From Bugula neritina (taxonomy: Eukaryota > Animalia > Bryozoa): a stretch of DNA of 64,000 nucleotides. How positions within the stretch are numbered: the stretch's first letter is position 1; each line of letters opens with the position of its first letter. The stretch spans positions 2,728,001 through 2,792,000 of the forward strand of contig OZ037772.1 in the NCBI GenBank assembly GCA_964035545.1. Reading direction: 5' to 3'. This document shows positions 53,895 through 64,000 of the stretch, one piece after another. The notes under the pieces are model-generated. The model made no database searches. It was given only the letters and a program-made list of their open reading frames with translations, and had not been told where the DNA came from. A program made the translations under genes and the position numbers.

Positions 53895-54239
53895 CAAGAG
53901 TGTCCAACCTTTTCAGAGCGAGGGCCACTACATGAAAGCAATTAATACTTCATGACTAAGGCCACATTGGACACGTTAGCTTGCTCTGAGGGCCACAGCA
54001 TCAGTATTTTTAAATTTACTTTATTCCAAATTCCTATAAATCACTACACAATAAAGTCCCAATAGTTACTGCAGGCAGTATGTTTTATAGCATGTGTATA
54101 AATAGGAAATTAAAAAGATAGCTTCTCACTCTAATCCATGTATACATGTGAAAAACAACTTCAGGTTTTTGCCTTTGAGGGCCACATAAATGTAGACTGG
54201 AGGCCACATCCGGCCTGGGCCGCCTGTTGAAAAGCCCTG
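53895..54239. mobile_element. hAT/Charlie-like MITE
   Basis: CAAGAGTGTCCAACC...GTTGAAAAGCCCTG termini with repeated GGGCCACA subterminal motifs. No clean TSD. Confidence 0.65.
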
Positions 54240-54881
54240 CTTTAAACAGTTGGTATATTAGTATGCCAGTGACCTAAAATGTAATGGTCACTCTAGTGTT
54301 ACTTCACACTTAACACAATTCAAATATTGTACATAATAATATACTATACTCCATTAGCATAGTGTAGTAGTTGTCACCACCTGCAAGATGGTCACATGAC
54401 CACTGCTACTTCTCAGACAGTTTACTAAATGACAGAATGAGAAGAATGATGGCTGATCAGATGTATAATAACATAGTTTATCAGTTCACTTGAAGTCTTA
54501 AATTATTTTTGTTGAAAGTTAGTTGCTTGCATTTTAAAACTTGTTAATAAAACTATTATAACTATACAATACTAGGTTTATATGTGACTGCAATGGAATA
54601 TTTACAATGAAATTTTCAGTCCAGTTCTTCGTGATGGAAATTTTTTATCTGCAGAAGAGCTCTAACTGAAAAACTGTTATCTAAAGTTTGTTACTTAAAG
54701 TACCATACAAATATTATTAGCAGCTTGACATTTGTTATCATTAAGGGGTGTTTAACATAAATATAATATTTGAGATAAACATTCTCATGTGATATAATGT
54801 AACCTGAAGTTATATCATATGACTTGACTATCTCTACTAGAGTTAGGGTGGGTCACCTGACAGCCCACACATATCTACACT

Positions 54882-55912
54882 GGTGTCAGGTGATAATGGT
54901 ACAATTGGCAAAATAGGTAAAACTATATAGCACATTTTCAATATTAAGGTTTGAGGCAGGTTAAGTAGTTAAAAAGGAGTTAAGGTTTGAGAATGAGGTT
55001 CTTAGTTTGGGGTTTGGGTTTTGAGTTTGTGGTTTACCCTCCTAATTACGCTTAACGTATTGTAACCCATAACAGCAAATTTCAGCCATTCCTGGTATAA
55101 GTTGCAGCGTTAATCAAGCACTGCTTAGCTCAAAAAATCACACCAGGCAGAGTTGATATGGTACTATAAAATTTAAAAAGTCCTTTCCGCTGGTTTGTTT
55201 TAATCGCTTATTGTTGATTTAATTTAATAAATTCAAAAGTTTCAAAGGATTAAAATATCTTTTTCCCCTTGCTTGAATTAAATTCAGCTTAAAAATGTAG
55301 ATTTCACTAATTACTAAAGTATGCAAACCAACAATGTAAAAATTAATTGGACAGCTTAAATATTTTTATTATTCAAATTAGTTTGCACAATTATATATAT
55401 AATAGACACATATATTTAAAGGAGAGGTTTCTTTTTTTAAATGTTTTTATCTAGTCAAGAACATTATTATCACATTTTTTGAAAATAATTTTGCAATAAT
55501 TTGTGAATAACATTCAAAGGAGTACAAGTAACCGCAGACAAGAATTAGCCTTATTATGATTGGTCATAGCTCAACGTCATGCGTTGTACTTTTCTCAGTG
55601 TGTGACGCATGTTGACCAATTGTAACAGCAGGGCAATTTTATTTTTACCGTATGGTAAATGTGAATAAGGGGTCAGAGTTGAGGGTTTGATTTTGGAGTT
55701 TAAGAAAACTTATAAACACCAGTAAGCCATTTTTCCTGCTAGGCTTATTCCATTTGTGCCCTTGATACCAGAACCATTATTACCTGCGTGCCATTCTACC
55801 TGCGTGCCATTTTATTTGTGCCATTTTATACCTGTGCCATTTTACCTGTGCCATTATTACTTGTGCCATTATTACCTGTGCCATTTTCCCTCTGCCATTA
55901 TTACCTAAAATC
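54882..55912. mobile_element. Non-autonomous Mutator-like DNA element
   Basis: Imperfect TIR (AGGTRATAATGG), subterminal TTACCTGTGCCA repeats, 9-bp TSD ATCTACACT/AACTACACT. An empty paralogous site is visible near 53770-53790. Confidence 0.7.
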
Positions 55913-58169
55913 AACTACACTACATCACATGCTGTAGGAACACTGGCACAGCTGAGGCTAGGCTGACTAATAGGTATGGAATAGTTGACCCAGCAGTTAT
56001 ATACTTTGTTATAGAAACTCTAACTTTCTAGTTTTAGAATATAAATAATTCTCTAAAGATTTGGTATATCAGAAAGAGAGTCACTCAACACCAATTAACT
56101 TGGTTGTCTCAATCAGAGCTGGTCTCTGTGTAGTTTAGTTTGTTTTAAAGGTTCTCTGAAGCTTCCCCAGTCTTTATGAGCTCTCTTTAGATATATACAA
56201 TAGTTTTAATACAATACAAAGACAATTATTGTTAACACATGTCAAGTAACAGAACAGGAATAAGGCCTCTCTGATAGTTATTTGAATATCTACAAGAAGT
56301 ATAACTAAATATACAATAATAACTACATATCTAGAAACATGCAGAATATTATACTAGAAGAAATCTCTTGTAACAAAGTATTGTTACATAACTGGAAGAT
56401 AGAGAAACTATATTTCTCAATTCAGAACACAATCTGCAATCAGCATTCAGTGCTGAAATTAAGCAAAAGCGATGACAGTTGTTATATATATGAATATAAT
56501 AATATCATGATGTAAATAATGATAATGATATTATATTCATATACCAAATGTCATTGCAGTTCCCTAAGCCAAGCGTAACTGGTTATTGTAGGTCACGTGA
56601 CTCAACAGATACACGCCCCTTCTGCTGTAACATTACAACGTCATTGAACACAGTCATTCACACGTTGACTGAAGAGGGCTACACACTGATAACGCGGAGG
56701 TTAGTATAACATTTATAGACCTAGTTTATCAATAGTCGGCAATCAGTATAAGTATTACATTTACTACATTGCTATAACTATTAGAATTAGATTCAGTGTT
56801 GCAATCAGTTTTAATACCACGCTCGCTACCATCATCATTAAATTTATTTAAAATGATTATCTTAACAAGTTATACTTATAGTAGGTTTATTAATATTATT
56901 ATTTATAACCAGTGAGTCACTTATCTTTACTTTGTGAATTTATGATTGCAACACTGAATAGCATTATCATCATTATAATTATAATAATAATTATAATTAT
57001 AATTGCAAGTTTTTAAATTAATGTTACACTTACTCGATTTGAATATCAGAATATCTTACCACTGGCACTAGTCAGTTATTAATGACAGTGCATAGTCATA
57101 GTGATCACTGCATGTGAGACATTGTCATACCCTGCAAATTCCAATGCACTGCCCTTCTGTATTCATTGTGAATAGCATATTTAGTTGGCTTATATTATTT
57201 TACTCAGCTTTGATTATACAACTAACACGTACTGCACTGCTCTAATTTATGTAACAACACTAGTTGCTGCTATCTTTACCTCTAAATTTATATCATTTAA
57301 AAAACTAACATATTTACATGATAGGTATTAAAATTAAAGTTACATAATTGGAATTGACTATTCTATAGATTACTGAGAATATAAGGTTAGCCGCATTTAT
57401 ATGATGTTGTAGACATAAAATATGAGGTTAGTGTTAACAAATCATTTGCTAGGTAAGAGTGTAGAATAAATAATTGGCTAGAGATGAGTGTAGAAGCTGC
57501 CGACTCATGAAACAACTACACCTGACCTAACAGAAGCACAAACATGTTAAATTAGTTTGTTTCACACCACCATAGTTTCTATTAGATGATTAGAATAGCA
57601 AACTAGCAATTGATGGCATGTTTTCTGACAGATGGAAGGGTGACTCTAAGTAACATATTAAATCATGCATCACGAGCACTGCAGAAATGTTAAAATGAGT
57701 TTTGTCATGTAGATTATCAAGGAAACAAAGAATTTCCAACACCCAGCACAAAATATTTCATAGAACTATGTTTTCTCACACTGCTATGTTCCCCCTGTTT
57801 AGTTTCTCACTCATGCTATACACTCCTTGCTATGTAATAGTTCAAAGACACCCTGGGAAGGAACAAAGTCTATCCTATGCTCAGGTGTAGACTCTGTCCC
57901 AGTAGTGTGTCAAAATACTCAGTTAGAAACACATTATTATTGGGAGTTCATGAAATATCCAGCTTATATAAGCAGCTGAGTCAAATTCTGCTGTTTGTTC
58001 ATAAAATTATTACATAACTCACTGGTATTCATGTTTCACTTCTACTCTACATTTTGATGGTCTGGTTATGACTTAGAACTTTGGTTGGGAAACCTTCACA
58101 GATGTAGTGTAAAATATTATGCTAAGAGTATGTGTATCTTTTACAGGATTTCCTTATCATATAACCAAT

Positions 58170-61100
58170 ATGGCAGAATCCAGAGTTGTGAAAAAAAGAC
58201 TCAACAATTCGTATCGCTGTGGGTACTGCTCGCAGTACTTCAACAAACTTGAAGATCCCAGAACTCTGCCCTGTCTGCATGTGTACTGCATGAGATGTTT
58301 GAAGACTGACATCGGTGGTAGGAAGGATCATATTAGATGTGCTTATTGTAGGTGAGTTACAGTACATAACACAATATATCATATCATAGGCTTGCGTATG
58401 ATTTTCTCACTATCATCTAGGAGTTGTCTGGTCTGTGTCTATGAAAAGCAAACAATACTGTATATTCTATGTGAACTCTGGTTACTAACTTGTGGAGTGT
58501 GTGGATATCTTCTCATTAGGTAGAGAAAGTAACTGTTATGTAGATTACATCATCAGCTGTCCTCTCTTGTTGAATTGTGGTGCTGTTGGATGTCATAGGA
58601 TTGGGGTTGTCTCCTCATTATATTATTTTGTTCTCATACAGTACAAGACTTGTTAGACCAACCTTTTTCATATCATCCCCACTTTCATAAATGTTTACTA
58701 TTTATTATCCCCCCTTTATGAAAAACGAAAAAATTTATGACTGACACAATGATAATATAGATTACTATGCAATATTTTTCCTATTACATTTGAATATAAT
58801 ATAATTATTTCTGATAATTATATTGTGCATGTATAAAACACAGAGCAGTTCAATTATTAATATTATGGCTGCAGCTGATGACATTGTACCAGCTTGCTTT
58901 CCAACCTCCCACCCCAACCCCTAAACCCCAACCCCAATATTGTAATTAAAACACATTCATGTAGAAGTAGACTGAGATGGCAGAATTGGTTAAATAGATA
59001 AGCTAAGATGAATGCTTATAGATATACATGTACATGTAACTTGCAGGAGCTCAAAAGTCTTTACAAACTGCTTGAAATTTTCAAAATCGAAATCCAGGCT
59101 CCCCCCTACAAAGCCCAAATTCCCTCTTATAGGGGGATTCTCCCAGGTTGGGAACCACTGTGTTGAATTGACTTGTGTTTACTATCTCCTTTCCTGTGAT
59201 TATAAACATGCAGTATGATGTTGTCATGACAACAGAGTTGCTGTGGCACAAAGTACAGTTTACTAGTATGTAGTGATTGTGTAGTGAGAGTAAAGTGTCT
59301 GGTTATTGTCCATGGTTATATGTAATCTGTAAGGAGTAGAATTATATTATTTAAATATAATGTTGAGAGAGGTACTTTTATAATGGCAGTTTGCTCAATA
59401 GCTTTAGTTCTAATGCGATAGACTCATAGCTCTGGAGTCTAGCAGCTACTACTATTACCACTAGCTGTTCAAAATTCGGCCAACATCCGGGCTGCCAAAG
59501 CATAATAGCCATTGGCAAGGCCAAGCAGTCACTGGGAAATTATTTGACTAAAGAGCAGGTCTTATGACAATTAGACAGGAATCAGTGATTCTGTGACCTA
59601 TTTAGTTAAATCCAATGCTGAACTTTTGATTGATTATTAGATAGCCATCACAATTGTATTTGGTAGTGAGTTGTACAATATAATATTATGGGGTGTCAAT
59701 CAGTGTCTAATCAGTGTCAATCAGTGTCTGTGAATTGAGTGTCTCCTTTAGCTTTGATGAGTTGATTACTTTTTCTACTATCAGTCAGTTGTATTGAGTG
59801 TTACTTTGTATTGAGTGATGAATAGTGTTAAGGATTTGGGCCTATATTATGCCAACCCACCCCCCCCCTCTGACTTAGACTGTGACCCAGCCTGCTGCAC
59901 ATACATAGTAGTACTACACTGAAGATAGTTAACATGTGTATGTGTCATCCTACTAGTAATGGATTACTAAGTACAAGTTATCCTACGACTCACTCTTCTT
60001 ATGCTAGCTGCACGAGATAGACAACACTCACACGTGACACGCACTCACGGTGCACTAGCTTTTGACACATTGCCAATGATGATGAAATGACAGTTTCGCG
60101 CCACTCCTAGCAGTTAGAGTGGCAGGGAATAGTTGTAGTATGTTGTAGTATTGGCTCCTCAGAATTCACTCCTCAGTAATTAGTTGCATTGCACAAACTT
60201 GCAACAATAGTGAATAATTATTGACAATATGGCCTCCACTCAGTAGTTAACTAGTAATTTATCTTGTCATTTTACAATACAAGTTGCAGTTGGAGTCTAT
60301 TTGTTGAGTAGCAGTTCTTTGTCATGAGTGACTATTTTCCAGCATATTAGGTACATAATATAGTCAAGTGTGTTTGTGTGATAGCCTGTGGTCTTTATAA
60401 TGAATGTGTGTTGATGAGTGATGAGTATTTATTTGAGTATTTGTCAAGGACATAGCTGTGTGTGTGGATGGAGTATTTCATTACTTGAGATATACTAAAC
60501 ACAGCTAACACAGGTAACATACTGATTGCTATATATTGTAGGAAAGATCACTATGACATCACAGATCCCACAACACTACCAGTAGCTCAGCATGGAGACC
60601 CCTTAGAATACAAGTCTCCACCCAAACCTGCACCCATTCCCTGCGATGTGTGTAAAGGTGGAACACAAGCTGCTGTGTTCTGTGTGGAGAGTCAGAAGAA
60701 ATTATGTCAGCAGCATCAAGAAGTGAGTCTTTCTTATATAATTTCTCAAGATTAGTTACTAAACCAGCTCTGGTTTGTATGTAGAATATTATTGAAAAGA
60801 AATGTTGAGTCTGTGTGACTTTTTATACTAAACACACAGTTTCACAGTGCAGTGAGTCAACTATGACAGACTTGTTGGTGAAAATACAACCAACTAAACT
60901 GTTGATCTTTATTATACAGAATCACAAAGAGCTGATGGGAGATAGGCATCAGTTTATTGACATTGAGGTATACAGAGCTTCTCCCCAAAGATATACTATA
61001 ACTGAATGTAAACATCATAAACAGGAACAGCTGACAGAAGTGTGTTCCAAGTGTCACCAGATATTCTGTATGAGATGTGATATGAGGACTGGCTGTAAGG

Positions 61101-63341
61101 ATAAGACAGGTATTTACTTGCTGTTGCTATTTCTGTAGAAAAAAACTGAGAAATATCACAAGAACCTGTTATTTATTATTTTATTATTAAAGTGAGTTAT
61201 GTAACAGTAAAAGAGGAAGTCAGTTTGTCAGCATTAAGGTTTGTGTGAGACAGAAGTGGATAGTGCAGGAGTTTATATGGTTCATTTTACTTAATTTAGT
61301 ACACACATGATTTTATGAATAGTGTGATTTTATGTATACAGAGGAGACAGTAGCATCCCATGACTTGGCATCTTTGAGTGATTTGTCTTGTGAGTTACGA
61401 GAAAGTCTGACTGGTGGAATAGAGACTCTGTCTGAGAAAGTTGCAGAGTTGAATGACATCTCAAAGGATGCCTGGAAAGAACTGAGTAAAATAGAAGATG
61501 AAGTGAAGAAGATGGTTGCCAGAGTAAACGCTATAGCTGACGCTCAGGTATGCTGACATGGTGATGTCCTCTAATGTATTTCTGGTTGGCTGTAATTGGA
61601 ATTTGCATTTGGTCTTTGAGTTGTAAATAGAAATAAATTTCATTTGCCACTAGAATTAACTGACCATTAAAGTATTATCATTCTGTGAACAAGTAGCAGT
61701 AGTCATTCATCACATGTTACTCAGTGCAGAGGAACCTGTCAATACAGATGACTCACTCATCCTTCTGCTACTGTCAATCACTCACACAGAGAGGTTGGCT
61801 GTGTGAGTGATTGACAGGTGTCAGGAGGAGGAGACTAGTCACGTGATGTACTAGCTCTCTGCTGTGTATAGAGTGTCACGTGACTGAGTCATTGTCCACT
61901 CAGTGGGTGATCTTTCACTTTCATTTCAAGTGCAGAGGTTGTGAGGTGCAGATGTGGTTACACTGTGTTACTATTTATTAGATAGAAAAGATCAGAAAGA
62001 GAGCTACAAACCTGAGGCTAGAAATATATGGATATTTGAAGAGCTGCACACAGATAGTGGATAATTATAGAATAGAGCTGGCCTTGAGTAAGACAATGGG
62101 CAGACAGTCTCTGCTGGACACAGTACAACATGCAGTTGATAAGTTCAATGATGCAGGGATTGTGAGAGACTACAAAGAGATGAGTGAGAAGGTGGAAAAG
62201 GCTACAGATATTGGTGTAATAGAGAAGTGTGTACTTCCAGACAGCATCTTGGTACCAACATGTAGGTGGAGTCTATAAATAGTAACACTAACTATAAATA
62301 ACTTTCTGCTTGTAATCATGTGAGTTGCCTTCACTGAATATTTTAATAGTAGAATAAGTAGATAGAGTTTATTTATTAGAGAATTGAGTTTTGTTCTACT
62401 TTAACATTATGAAACATTTCTGCAGTGTTTCAGAGTTTATGATGTATAAGTGAGCTGCTAAACTGTGTCATGCTGACTACCTGCTGTCAGTATTAACAAG
62501 ATATTCTCACTTAGACCTGTGCATCACGTAGCAACTTGTAGTAACTACAGACTGATTGTATTTAAAACATCTTTTTATTTCAAGTTTGAAAAGCTGTTTC
62601 CCACCTCCTCAGGTGATGAGATTCTCAAGTTATAGAATTGTTATTTTGTTGTTGCAGACAGTGAAGACAGTCTGGGACTGAAGCTGCTGCAGCCACCAGC
62701 TTCTCTACAGTCTGATGGACTTCCTGTACGTGACTGGTGTTTCACAGTAAACATCTCAGCTGATGGACATCTGATGTGTGTGATACGAGAAGGTGTAGAA
62801 GTAATAAATAGAGAGACTCTGGATACTATCAGCTCAGTGAAACACACCAACACTACAAGGTGGGGGGAGATAATCCAACCTGAAGGGGTGATGGTTGCCA
62901 GCTGGTATAATGAAGAGGAGAAAACAGCTGAAGTCGCACTTCTTGATCCGAACTCCTTTGAGAAGACTCGCTCTCTCTACAAGCAGTCAGTAGATGAACC
63001 CACTTACTATAGAATAGCTCAGCACGACTCACTGCTCTGTATTGTAGACTACAGTAAGAAACAGCTGGTAGTCTGTAATCTAGTTGACAATAAAATACAG
63101 AAGTTCCCACTTCCTGAGATGAAGAACCCTCGTCCTGTATACATCCTCCCAGACTCAACTCTCCTCATAGGAGACTGGGCAGATGGTAAAGTGAGAAGAT
63201 ATAAAGTGGAGAACACAACTCTCACTCTAATGTGGGATTTTCCTCACATCTCAGTACCAACTGGTATTTCCTTTGATCCAACATCTGAACTGATTCACAT
63301 CTGTACACTGGGAGGACCTCTCCTCATTCTCTCACTTGAAG
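58170..63341 (+). CDS. TRIM-family E3 ligase (RING, B-box 1, B-box 2, coiled coil, NHL-like propeller); 3' end not in window or not recognised
   Basis: Phase-compatible GT-AG exons 58170-58351, 60542-60723, 60920-61109, 61342-61547, 61982-62261 and 62658-63341, with no stops. RING CGYC..PRTLPCLHVYCMRC..CAYC; CDVC..VFCVESQKKLCQQH; CKHH..VCSKCHQIFCMRC. Confidence 0.9.
58655..59160 (+). mobile_element. hAT-like MITE in TRIM intron 1
   Basis: CCAACCTTTTT...CCCAGGTTGGGAACCACTG; homologous to 51900-52126. Confidence 0.65.
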
Positions 63342-64000
63342 GTAAATACTCTGTTTATTATAGTAAGTTTAGTTATTTTATATATAATTATGTTGTAGTA
63401 AATAATATATTTTAATAATTAACAGTAAACAACTTCCACTCATAAGATATATTATGATATTGTTAGTATTTATCAACTCACTGATGTTATTTTTAGCTAA
63501 AAGTTATGTAATAAAGACTGTAACATGCTGATAGTAGATGTTATATTCTTCATCACATGACTTGTAGCTAATAATAATATTAGTGAATAATACTGCCTCC
63601 CTACAATAAGTTTATTTCCAGCTGCAGTAACATGCAGGATGTAAGCACAGGTAAAAGTGTATAATATACTGTATAGGTTTAAGGTGTACTCTGTGTAGTG
63701 TGCAGTGAGCTCTTAGTAAACTCTCTATTCAGTCTTCCTTTCCAAGGGTTCACCTGGTAGAGTAGAGGATAGGGACTCCACACTGCTAAGTGAGTTGGTG
63801 CTGCAAGGGGTTCAAACCCACCTATCAGCATGTATAGTTAGTATACTATGCAAGTGTTTTACAGTAATTTTAGAGGTGCTCAGTCTAACAACTGTACAGA
63901 ATGCCAGCTACATATGAGTTATAAGTTGTAGTTTGACTTCAGTCTAGTGCTGCTATTGTTTTGGTTATCAGATAATTTAAATATAAATAATTTGATACTT

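Overview
AT-rich, intron-containing metazoan (invertebrate-like) genomic DNA. Only one gene looks intact: a multi-exon TRIM gene (RING, two B-boxes, coiled coil, probable beta-propeller) at 58170-63341+, running off the window. The rest is decayed genes and nested mobile elements. Decayed genes: a SPOP-like BTB pseudogene, a ZEB/zfh1-like zinc-finger exon, DUF4806-like exons, an unidentified minus-strand multi-exon gene, and a disabled fibrillar-type collagen that may carry a Thr-rich mucin, TIL-like and Cys-rich N-terminus. Mobile elements: three Gypsy-type gag copies, two Penelope-like GIY-YIG remnants, a ~5.2 kb TTAA-flanked Kolobok-like transposon with a P2X7-ballast-like (KolX) remnant, a CR1-type LINE interrupted by two solo LTRs with exact TSDs, and several MITEs. 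There are also many mini- and microsatellites. The most notable signal is non-coding: three minimal type I hammerhead ribozymes plus a 3' half-copy. Two of them and the half-copy form one short family found only inside (TA)n microsatellites, sharing a 3' end but with different 5' truncations. All translations and alignments were done by eye; no database searches were run.
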